From assembly GCF_001186125.1 (NCBI RefSeq), contig NW_014040524.1, forward strand, positions 165,192 through 209,610: 44,419 nucleotides of DNA, written 5' to 3'. How positions within the stretch are numbered: position 1 is the stretch's first letter; every line of letters starts with the position of its first letter. Both the position numbers and the translations under genes were made by a program. Below the pieces are notes generated by a model. The model had not been told where the DNA came from. It saw only the letters and a program-made list of their open reading frames with translations, and did not search any database. Source of the stretch: Sphaeroforma arctica JP610 (taxonomy: Eukaryota). This document shows, piece by piece, positions 25,340 through 37,514 of the stretch.

Positions 25340-27040
25340 TCTATATCATCAATGCTTCTGCTCCTCAGACATCTCTTGAGGAGCCTATGACTCAAGGGGA
25401 ACTCTCTCTCTCACGAGTTCTTACTCGGGGGAAGTTCAAACTTCTTCGAATACGTCAGATGCTGATACACTTAAGTGGATCAAGCAATATTATCACTTGA
25501 CGCATTCAGCAGAGATGCGATGATTCCAGAAGCAAAGCGTAGAGGTCTGATCAATCTTAATCTGCGTAAACTCTGCGAGTAAGAATACTCTAAGTGTGTT
25601 GATTGTGAAAAGACACAAATCAAGCGCTGTGGTTGGGGCCCACTTAAGTCGGTGCTTGAAGATGAACCTATGCGCATGGTCATCATTGATTTGGTTGTAA
25701 GGGATATAGTTGGACGACATGATGAGAAGTATGTATTTCATATGTTTGATGTACCCTCCAGGTATAACTTATTTAATCCTGTCAGGAATAAACTATTTGA
25801 AACAATGGCGGAATTATGCTTACGCATCTTTGCCGATCACGGCTACCCATTATTCTTATGTCATGATAATGGCGACGAGTTTATAGGCGTATTAATGATG
25901 GCTTTTAAACTCGTATCTGGCATATGTGGAAAACGGGGAGTTCCCTATAAGCCACAAACGCAAGGTGCCAATGAAGTACGTCATAGGAAACTTAAGTTTC
26001 TATTAAGGACTGCACTATAAGACGATGCTAGAGATTGGCCCTATCGCTTGACATGGGTACAAGATCAGATGAACGAAACACCTGATCCTGTCACCGGCAT
26101 AACCCCGTCACACTATTTCCGTGGTAGAAAAAGTATGTTACAACCCCTTGTAGAAGGGGTAGCTGGAAAGGTACAGTCACATAAGCGGCTGGAAAGATTA
26201 AATAGAGTACATAAGGTTTTATACCCTGTACTTAAAGAAAAGCGAATCACTGTAATTTTAAAAGCGCAAGGTTGCTGGTCTCATATGAAGATACAAGTTT
26301 ACTTCAAAAAATGTGATTATATTAACAAAACCCAGAGAAATTCGTACACGGGTAAATTTTATTCTTACTATATAGGTTCTTATACGATCTCTGTTTATGA
26401 CTTCATGACGAAAAGTCTGATACCTACAAGATTATTAATGTAGATGGTACAAGCGCCTTAATGTGGGCTTATCTCGTATACCGAGGGACCAAATAATACT
26501 CTGTTGAACATGTGATGATAATACACCCCCTGAACAACATGAGTTCAAGAAGATATAGGTATAGAATCTTTTAACGGAATTACTTATTATAAATCATAGT
26601 TTCACGACAATGAGGTTTATAACCTTACGTCTTCAGACTTTGGAAACCCTGATTACTTAAAAAATATCAATAAGAAATGGCGTAGGCGCTTACATAAAAA
26701 CCAGGAAGATATAGACAAGCTCTTTCCTCAAGCAGATAAGATTGTTACGCACTTTTATGCTGGTCTTGAGTTCTGGTCTTCTCTTTATATAGATAAACTA
26801 AAAATCTATGTCACGAAAGCGTGTACACCAAAAAACGGTTGGAACTGGGAATACCAAGCGAACAAGGGTAGACTCACACACGTGAGGAATATTTACATAT
26901 TAGGATATTCTAGAATATTATAAGTATTTATATACCTTGCTACCTTAGGTTTTACACCGCATATGCTTCCTTTCTCGATATTTCTCCACGATGGTACCTA
27001 GGTAGTACTATATTCGATAGCTTAGAGCTGGCGGGGGGCT
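25340..27040 (+). mobile_element. Second, unrelated gypsy integrase remnant (element B) abutting element A
   Basis: YHLTH...CVDC; EPMRMVIIDLV; CHDNGDEF; PYKPQTQGANEVRH; ends in a purine-rich GGCGGGGGG tract at ~27029-27038. Confidence 0.8.
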
Positions 27041-27041
27041 A

Positions 27042-27373
27042 TGATATCATAGCAGGTCCTAGATGTATTCAAGATAATACTATCTAATAAATCTAGCATT
27101 GTCTTATGTAAAGGGTTTTACTATGTAATATTACTAATACATATATTATATATAACTTATGTTATATATAATATAATACCTTTTAAAGGGTAAATAGTTT
27201 TCCTTTATAGATGACTCACAGTATAAAGGATGAAATTATTTATGTTTATTCTTTTAAAAGATAAACAAAGGTTTTTATAAACTAACAATTGATAAACTTA
27301 GTTTATACAAACTAAAAGATTTAATTATTAATAACACCAACCTCAGGCCGACCCCTAGGGCATTACCACAACA
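27042..27373 (+). repeat. Putative 3' LTR of element B
   Basis: AT-rich segment starting TG just after the G-tract (PPT-like) and ending ...ACCACAACA. No second copy in the window confirms it. Confidence 0.4.
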
Positions 27374-27699
27374 ACCTGGGGACGAAATGACAATTTTTAT
27401 TTTTATTTTTATTTTTCTTAAGTGGCCATTTAAATTCAATTCTAACGATTTCAATCGTCCATTTAACTGAAAGAATTGAAACTTTATTAAATTTTCAGAA
27501 ATCCTTAATAAAATATCGATGAAGGCTGGGACTTGGCGGCCTATAAAGGCCAGGTGCCCCCTGACTAAGGCCTCAGTCTTTAGCTAGTTACTTTAAAGTA
27601 CCTAGCTATTAACAGCTGGACTTGAAAGTTAGCTTAATTTTTTAGTCTACTGCGCCTTTATTTAATTAGTCAATTTACTATAGCTATTACAGTCCATAT

Positions 27700-29060
27700 C
27701 GGTTTATATTTCTTGTTATCGACCCATTGGAACAATGCTCCGCCTATAACGTATTCACTAGCATCGGTCGACTAGTTCAATGGCACCCTTTCTATCGAGA
27801 ATTACACCGCCATTGCATTCACCACCGCATCCCTCATCGCCTGCCACGCTTCTATATGTCGTTATTCCCAACGATCACTGATCAACTCGGTTGGTCTTAG
27901 ACGCAGCGGCGCCAAAATGTAGGCAAAGTTAGGTAGGTATTCGTGGAGGTATTTCGCTAAGCCTAGAGCCGATGCTATGTCCTTGTATCGTTGCGGGGCT
28001 GGCCAATCTAGCAGTTTTGCTTAATTCTTATAGTCCACATCGACGCCTTGCGCCAACACCTTGCCCAGTATTATTACTTCCGCAATTGCAAAGTGGACTT
28101 GGCTGGATTCAGTTTAAAACTATGGTATGTGGGACGCTTGATGACCTCCTTTATTGTGCTGATATGTTCGTCGCGATGTAGTGATGTGATGGTAGTCCGT
28201 CCAGGATTGTTCCTAATGTACGCTGGAACTGCTGTGTCAACACATACAGGCCAAATGGTACCGATGTGAACGAATACTGGTGCCGTTCATGTGTGAAACT
28301 GAACAAGTACCTGTGAATCCGGATATATCGGCCGCCGAGATGTCCAGTGTTGTGTAGTACCTCTTTCTCTTGAGCGGAATGAGTCTGTTAACTTTCGGAA
28401 ATAAGAATTGGTCACCTGGGATGAGTACATTCACCGCGCGCATGTCTAAACACACCCTCACCCTCTTGACGTTGCCTTCACTGTCAAACGTGAGTACAGT
28501 GAGCAGTGGTAGATAGACTGATGTTGGAGTCGATTAATGAATATGTCCTCCAATCACTTCTGTACTTGTTCGTCGACGTAAGGTAGCCATCGGTCCAATA
28601 CGCAATTACGTGTGGATCTGCGCATGCTCATGGCTTGTTCACGCGTAGTGTCCGGTACCGTTACTTCACTCCTCTCGAGGCGACATTGTGCGTTGTCTGC
28701 AATCGCTGCGTTCGCCTCTAACGCCGATGTCAACCGTTGTCGAGTGTCAGCTGGTTCCGTTGTATTTGGTGACTGACGACGTTGTATAGGTTTCAGTAGT
28801 TTATCAAGCTCCACGGGGTTGATATATGCGAGAAGTGATTTGATACCCCCTATGTATAACCTCAGACCCTTCATCATGTCCCGTCTTAAGATAATGTCCA
28901 TCAGTGTAGGCAGGTTCATTATTTCGAGCGAACCATTGAGAATCTTCGTGCCGTACCGTATATGTAATACTTCCGTCATCCCCAGTCGCGGAGTTTGCAC
29001 CGCCTTGTCAGCTATACAGATCAACGAACCAGGTGGTGCTGGAGTAATAGAACGGATATA
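27700..29060 (-). mobile_element. Decayed gypsy pol fragment (element C): protease end, RT, start of RNase H
   Basis: RVCLDMRAVN.LIPGDQF.FPKV...YYTTLDIS (RT); AWQAMRDAVVNA...PFEL..DASEYVIGGALFQWVD (RNase H, ~27720-27850). Confidence 0.8.
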
Positions 29061-30554
29061 TANNNNNNNNNNNNNNNNNNNNATATATATATAACACCAC
29101 CACTAACATTGAAGTATACGCTGTATGTTGGTCTGTGCTTGATTCTGAATTTGATTCACCACATAAACACCCAAATAGCTTACCTGATTTCGTAGTAGAT
29201 CTTGTGACTAGAATTTTATGAACTTTAAATACCTTATGTCCCGTGATTCCGGTTGCTCCCGTAGTAGTAATGATAGCTGGATACCTTTATTATCCGAGAT
29301 ATATTACAACCTATCCGCTACCGATTTGAACAATACTATTTCTTATTTTTTTTCAAACAGTTCTTTGAAGCGACTCAAAAGCATCTAACGCATCTAAAAT
29401 ATCGTGTCTGTCGTATATTCTCCTTCGACAATCTAGGTGCTGCTGCACGGCTTCACCTCTGGTATATATAACCTCTCGCACAAACATCACCTTCTAGATC
29501 TACAGGTACCTATTATACCCTTCCTGCCTGCTAAGGATGTAATACCAATTATCATTGTATACTAGTTATCCTTAGCGTTCTACCTCTCATAATAAACCGT
29601 TATCGCACACGATGGTGAATCCTGACTATTAATTGCTCACCCATGTCCCTATCAGTCTTCATACCTTTTTGTGTGTATTATAACAGCTCTCTGGGTACTT
29701 CTCTATCAGCGCCGGACCACTTCAAGTAACTCTGCCCCCCTCACTATTCGTTCAATTTCATCTAAAGGACCACACCATATGTTAATGTCCGTCATCATCA
29801 GGTATTATAGCTAATTCTATGTTCGTGAGCTAGGCTTGGTACTCGGTTTTTGTTTATCAAACACATAAAACAAATAAACAAGAATTTTCATTTTACCACG
29901 TATACACAATCAAAAACAATAGTATTGCCTTATGTGTGGTACCGCCGATTACTTATCTCCTTCTTCCGGGCATTCCTCTGGGTTCTCTTGCTCGGGTACT
30001 TCTTCATCGTATATTGGCGGCAATATTACTGGGGTATATTGTATCGTCAACGAGGTTCTAGCTGGTTGCTGCTCTTGATGTGACTCCCCAGCTTCCCAAG
30101 AAGTATCATCACTGAATATCAATTGTTTACGTTGTCTTCCCCTAGGCATTCGCGCCGAAACATCCCTCGCAATTCGTTATTGATGGGTCCCTCTCCCGAT
30201 GACGTGGTCTACTGTGCTATTTATTTGTAAGTAAGTGTCTCAATCGCTATTACTGTCTGACATCAGCGGTGGCATCGAATCGCCTGTGTCACTACTAGCG
30301 TAACCACTATCCGTATGATCCAAATCACTATTCTGTTACCTCCTCATTTTCTTCCTGATTCATTGATGCTTTCCTCTATACTACTTTTGTTATATGAGGA
30401 AACATTCTATTACCAGCTAAGCTACACTATAGTTGTTCGTTGGATTGATTATTAAAAAAACAATTTCATTAGTATGTTAAAAATATAGTACGACGTCGAA
30501 TAACAGTATCTCAACGTCCTCCTTTCATACAGAGGGAGACGATTGTTAATGGCA

Positions 30555-33500
30555 CAATCTAATATGAGTCATGTGCTGATCTGAACACTGATCGGTACAA
30601 TCCAAGTTTACAGTTGTTGCGTCCAGCGTCTTTAAAAGCATCAACTGTCGTATTTTTGCCTTCACGTGACAGCGCATGGTATTTGAGCATGGGATCACGC
30701 CTCTCATCTCGATCAGACAGGCTTCTCGCCTGAAAAAAAAAAACGTTCAATATCTGACGTTTCTGCTGCTTCTTCCCTTCAGATTTCCTTTAGTTTGTTT
30801 TGAATTCAAACAAAGAGGAAGCTTGTAATCACCATTGTTATTTTATATTCGGACAATGACTGTAGCTTCCCACAGTGTATGCCCCACATGTTCATTACCA
30901 TACCTTAAAAGGTATTCCGGGTTCTAGGCAATATCATATGGTCAGCACTTATCATACCTTCAAGTTCTTTCATTCGTTTAATTTCTTTCGAAGAGGGCAG
31001 TAAAACAAAGGGTTATTTCAAATCTATCCTCTTTACACGACTTAATATCTTAGTTGCTAAACAAAGGAGGATTTCTCCAACGATTTTCTTATGTCTAATC
31101 AATAGAGAAGGCATCAATTGGTCATTTTTTGTGCAGTATATGCTAATTTGATGGTTAAAGTGATTAACAAACAAGCCTGTTGTACGCTTGCCGAGAATAG
31201 GTCCCGATAGCTGGAACTACATCGGAATTGTCACCCACTCAACTATGCTGACTCAATGTTCCGGTAACCATCCTAATTATTTTCTTTGGGCGTCCGTAAG
31301 TATTTTAGATACCATATTGGCAAAGCAAGTTTTTTTCATCGGAGATATGATAGCGTGAAATCATACTGTTTAATAGTTTCTTATCAGTAGGGTCATCGTG
31401 TGTATATACATTAAGGCTCTATAGTCCTTTCTTATTACAATGTGTGCTCCATCAGAGCTTGAATTATTATGAACGACTTTTTTTTGCTTGTTGAATAGTG
31501 GATCTGGTGCTTACTCAAAAGTGAAGGAACGGATATATGACTTTTTCTCGTCTATTCTCGAATATTTCGCTCCTTCTATTGCATAGTCGGACACGCCAGT
31601 TTCCAATAAGAAAGATGCTACTCCTTTTGGATATGTCACAGCAAGAGCCTCAGCTGTTACTCTCTTTAGCGTTTTCAAGTTTCTTGTACCATTTTTCATT
31701 CCACATTTAAATTCTTTTGGGTAGAAAGCTTGCTGAAAGGTTCTGAGTATTTCGCAAGGTGCGGAATTTCCTTTCGCATGAAATTTGGCATTTCAAGCAA
31801 GTATTTTATATTTTTACTCGCTTGCGACGTTGGGAACTGCATCAGTCGTTTAATTCGCTCTGGGTCAGCTCTTCTTCTTTTAGCATCTACTACGTGTCCT
31901 AAAAAATGCACTTCCGTCAATCCAAGTTTCGACTTCGATAGATTGGGCTTAGGTTTTTCATCAACCTACACAGACTTTCAAGGTTGCTTAATGCTTCCAG
32001 TAAGATCATCTATTTTCCACGTCTGCGAACAAATGAGACACAATCATTTGAAAACAGGATACAAGCATGTGAAGGCCAAATGGTGAATATTACATAGTTT
32101 TGGTGAGATTCAGTAATCTAAAATTGATATTATCCTTGTTTCAAATGTAAAAGGTAAAGCATCTTTTCTCCTAAATTTTCCTTTAACGTAGTATTTGGCA
32201 GTAAAAATATTTTGTTTGCGTAAATGCATTCAATGGTCTAATATCCAAACACACAAGCTCGTCCTAAAGAGTTCTTAGTTGTTCTAAAGCTAACAACGCC
32301 ACAATGACTGGAGTGTTTTTATGATTTAAGTCTAATATTGATTTAAAAGTTTATCCATACTTAGATAGATTTTACCTCTGTTAAATCAGTATACTCGGTA
32401 ATGTTGGTTTTCTCATTTAACTTTAGAAGGTAAATAAATATATCAATGAGCTCTTGATTAGGCTCAACTTGTCGAGGCTTGTTTATCTCATCAATATATT
32501 CTTCGATATTAATATCGATATCCTCACATGAGTCAGCAGGCCCGTTAAGGTCATTCCAACTTAATTAAATCATCTAATATCATTTAGTATCTTCACTACA
32601 TATAGATTCATATATGCATCTCGACCATCGATAAGTTCAATTTGAACATCTGTAAGCCGCAAAAGCTAAATATAGAATACAACAAACTTCCACCCTTGAA
32701 ATCGTTAGTAAGTTCATCGGTCACTTCTATGGAAACCAAAAGGAGGGATCTATGCTACTGTGTTCGATATATATAGCGCTGCGCTGAATATGGCATTCTT
32801 GTTGACATGCTGGATTGAGCTGTAAAAATAGAGTGATATCACTTTATCAATTTTACACTGCCGGTGCAGGAACTTGAGCGTAGTTTGGTACTCACGAGGC
32901 TAGGGCGCCTTACACACGTGGAAAATACCCTAGACTTTGGGTTGTTCAACCACGTTAATTTTTATACAAAATAATCATTGCGATTGTTTTAGTTCAAGTT
33001 TTATACATTGATGTTTATTAATTAAAGAATTTTCTGCCCCGGTAATGGCTCACGCAGTGAAATTTATTTGTTTATTTATAAAGGTATCGATACATGGTCA
33101 ATTATTCATCTTAACATCACTATTGTCTTCTTTGGGAGTAATAATGCTCACTGTTAGCGTGCTATGTGGGGTTAATACGTCTACTTCTGTAGTCTCTCAC
33201 TCACTAAAAGACTGCCCGGGGCCGTACTATAATTTTGCCTCCGCCTTAGAGCATCCTGGCTTGTGACTTTTATAATATGAACACAATGAAAGCATGGCGG
33301 GTTTTTTTGGTGCTTCGAGAATCGCGATATCTCCATTGCACAAATCGTCTTCTCGGCCTTAACCCTAGCAGTTTAGCAGCTTCGGCCTGTCGCTTCTTCT
33401 TGGCAGCAGCTGCTTCAACAATTCTCGCTGCTTCATTTCGAGAGAAATTGGTATTTTTTTTTGTTCTTTGACGGAGAGGCATGGGCGGCGGACAGGATAG

Positions 33501-34320
33501 CTCCCTTCCGTTTAAGCTTTATTCGGTTTTCCTCTACAAGCATCGCCTGAATATTTCGCAAAGCGATACGGAAATTTCTATTGGAACATCTTTTGAGGAA
33601 GAGTAGATTTTAGCATCGAGGAGATACTTCAGAAATTGAGCAATCTTCTCTGAATACTGTATCAAAGATTCTGAAAGAAGTACTTCTTTGAAGTTAGACC
33701 CGGTTCTATGGCCTCACAACTGGCAATGATTTCGTTGGCTGATTGATTTTTATATAGTTCTGCTTATCAATTCGTTGCCGAAGGTACTCAGTAGCTCGAA
33801 GATCGTCTAGTCTTGTAGAGAAGAGTGTATTCACTACTTCTCCTTTGTTTACTTGGCACCTTTAGTCTATTGTCGTCGTTTGACTTCAGCACTATCTTAT
33901 CCTGCGAACGCGATGCTTCAGTATGAGAAATTAAGTCCCGTCATGGCTGTGAATTCCAGAAGAATTTTCACTTTGGAATACTACTTACCGTACCCAACGA
34001 GTTCTTCAGCAGTTTGTTTGCTTTTGTGACTGTGCTCCAACGCTTCATGTCAGCAAAATCTGTCGAATTTATTTTGATCATTAATCGCTTTACCCACATT
34101 ACCTTCTTTACATGTTAGGCGACCTGTTAAGCAAGCCCGAATGGCTTCAGCAATAGCCTTCTGTTCGCTATCTTCCTCATCTCTTTGATCATCATGATCA
34201 TGATGTTGGCCAGACGAACTTTTGTGAACTGGATGGATATGGCTTCTATGAAGGGAGAGCGCAGAGAAGTAGACAGGACAATCTGTGTACATTTCAAATG
34301 AGTATCAATGGGCAAGCGAT
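30555..34320 (-). mobile_element. Heavily decayed gypsy element D: gag?-RT-RNaseH-Dam-like MTase-start of integrase
   Basis: RT EVHFLGHVVD....ADPERI...PNFMRKEIPHLA; RNase H LETGVSDYAIEGA, DYRALMYIH, QYDFTLSYL; MTase remnant 30845-31240; integrase start ERRDPMLKYHALS, parallel to EDRATLIAQYHTVG in element A. Confidence 0.78.
30845..31240 (-). pseudogene. Dam-like N6-adenine MTase remnant in element D
   Basis: Minus strand reads EWVT..; TTGLFVNHFNHQISIYCTKND; IDAFSID*(W); RWRNPP(L/F) (NPP at 31073-31065); ILSRVKEDRFEITLC; DHMILPRTRNTF..YGNEHVGHTLWEATVIVRI. This is collinear with element A's DPMIVENTNNTFLKNGTIACGKTPWEVTLVVKI. Confidence 0.75.
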
Positions 34321-35518
34321 TTGTAACCTTAAATACAAAAGCAGTAGATCAGAAAATGTAAAAACGGATTTGCGAAATGTCTATTTTTATTATGCAGTAT
34401 GCCATTCCGAATTTTACCTTATAATTTCAAAGGTGAGAGTCGATACTCCTGGGGAAAAAAATGTAGACGTTGAATAAGCCACAGAATCATAGAAATTGGA
34501 GAACGATAAATATTTTCAAGCTCCAGGTTATCCAGATGCTACTGATTAGTGAGTGGCTCACATTTCACTCTCAAAAACGCATACACATGATTCTCCTCCC
34601 TGAGAAGATCTTATATAACAAGCCTTTGGATTTGAAGGACGGAGCAGACATTTTACCTCGTGGATCTTTAAAATGGTATCAATGCACTGTGTCTCTAGCT
34701 ATATACAGCAAAAAACAAAAAAAATGCTTGTCGGATCTTTATCTATCGTATGCATCTTTATATATTCTTGTATATGAGTATATTCGTACATCTTTATATG
34801 CCTTTGTATATTCATACATCATCTATTATTTTTATATACCTTTATATATATATACGTCATCGACTATATGTCTGTAGGCCGTGCCTATACGTCACTGTCA
34901 TAGTAATATAGCTATAGTATTATCTTCAGATATTCGATCGTTGAAAGGATTAACACACATGCACCAAGCACATGTCGTCATACACGACACGCATATAATA
35001 AGCCGCATAGAAAATTCAACGACATGCTCATATAATGACCCTTTATTTTGAGATAGATACGACACGAAGCAAACGAGCAATATGTGTCAGTATTTTGGGA
35101 TGATACTGCCGGCTGCTCAGATTATGCACACATGATCAAAGCGAGTTCTGCTGCACATGATTAACAACTAAAGTTGCTGCGCTACTACCATGTGCAATAC
35201 TACTGCAATCGATGTTCTTTCATATCCAGTTGTGGCCAGTTACGCAACCGATGTACAGGTGTGCGTGTATATTTTATGTACGCGTAAGAGGAGCAGTTTT
35301 GTTCTTATTCCGGCTTGTTGCCTGTGGTCGCATAGAAAACGATAGTACACATCCGCCCTGCGACTGATTCTTTTTTAATTTTTATTCGCGACTAAGCTTT
35401 CAGTTCAAACCAGAGATTAAAGTGCGGGACACTCAAAAGACACTAGAAACGTCTCATGATGATACACAGATCACGCATGAGCGCCCTCAGAATCTTCGGT
35501 TGCTTCTGAGCCAGGTCA

Positions 35519-37048
35519 CTAGTATCCCTCCTCTTTGCTTACAACGTTCTGTAGCGCATCTACCCCCCCGTTGACATAGCGGTTTAGTTCGGCCATGAAC
35601 ACGTGCATGGTGAGCTCCCAGTAGTCGTCTGTCCTGTCCACACAGTGGCACGTGAGCAACGCCTGCAGTACCAGTTGATGGATAAGATAAGAGTGAGGAT
35701 GAATAAGGGAGCAAGTATCGTAAAAGGTATTCAGTGTAATTATGGTGCTCGTTTATAGCCCCAGCCTCTTCAATTTTAAATAGGGTAAGTCAGACTACAG
35801 ACAACATTTTGGACTAGGATGTAATAGATGCGAAAGAACACAGCGCAAGCTTGCCATGAGTAATAGAAACAAAGGATCAGCACCTCGAAGTATAATTGTC
35901 GGAGAGATGAGCCTGTAGTAGCTGTAGAGCGTGAGCTAACAGGTGTAAGGAGAGCATTCACTGTTCACGACATTGCACTGTAATGAATAACAACTCACGA
36001 GATACTCGCCCGTTTACTTAATGATATGTCGGACCTCAAGTAGACCAGATAAGCCTATCAAGATATCATCGGAGATATCAATACACAGTGAATCAAGCGA
36101 GAATAAATTAAATGAACAACACAGCCAATATATGTACTGGATTGGAACAATAAGCAACACCACACATGGCCGTAGATGAATGGCCTAGAAATTTGCGTAG
36201 ATAGAAAACCCTAGACATCTGCGCAGGTAGAAAGCCCTAGAAAGCGGCGTAGGTAGAATACCTTGTCCTCGCCAAGTTGATACAGGGGTGAGCTATCGGG
36301 CAGGGGCTCCTTCTCAAACACATCCAGTGCAATACCTGTGGCAAAAATATACAGTCAGGCCAGGGAATAAGGGCCAAGCACTCACTCGCTCATACGCTTC
36401 AGGTTTATGCAGTGAGTAACGGTGACGTAGGCGTACATATCCACTGCAGAATTAGACCTCAACCGAAGATAGTACGGAAACGCAAAGCATCTAAACTCCA
36501 ATGCGACTAGACTTACACTGGTACACAGGTGCATGCAACCTACAGGTGATAAACCCTAAACCCTGAAACCTTCATGCCAGCCAATGGCACTCAGCTGACG
36601 ATATCACAGAACACATGGAACATCCAAGGGATTCTGAATATGTGGCAACTGCGATGGATGAATCCCCTCACACTTCGACTCAACAGTGGAATGTGTTTAA
36701 GGATGTGTCTGTACACTTGTGGACACACAGCACACACGCCATCACCGCACAGAAAGACGAATGCAAACTAGCAATCGAAGTGACATCCTATGTCAATCCC
36801 ACGAGTATACGTAAACTAAAAATATCCCAAATGACTTGCGTATACACGCCCTAAAAATACATATCACTGCCTGTTTTTATTTCCTGACTGGAACAATACC
36901 ATCCACGTTTACTTCATCAGAACTCAATGGACGTATTAGGTACACGCACCCTTCATACATCTCACATTCTAAGCAAATACATCCTTCATACAACACACAC
37001 ACACACACACACACTTAAATATATATATATATACAATATATATGGATA

Positions 37049-37127
<79 letters not shown>

Positions 37128-37457
37128 GTAGTATAGTATAGTAGTATTAGTTAGTATTATTATAGTAGTNNNNNNNNNNNNNNNNNNNNNNNNNNNNNNN
37201 NNNNNNNNNNNNNNNNNNNNNNNNNNNNNNNNNNNNNNNNNNNNNNNNNNNNNNNNNNNNNNNNNNNNNNNNNNNNNNNNNNNNNNNNNNNNNNNNNNNN
37301 NNNNNNNNNNNNNNNNNNNNNNNNNNNNNNNNNNNNNNNNNNNNNNNNNNNNNNNNNNNNNNNNNNNNNNNNNNNNNNNNNNNNNNNNNNNNNNNNNNNN
37401 NNNNNNNNNNNNNNTATATATATATATATATAGTAGTAGTATATANAAANAATAATA

Positions 37458-37514
<57 letters not shown>

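Noticed and set aside
27700..27720. MTase in elements B and C
   Set aside because: Both are truncated across the RNase H-integrase interval, so presence or absence cannot be judged.
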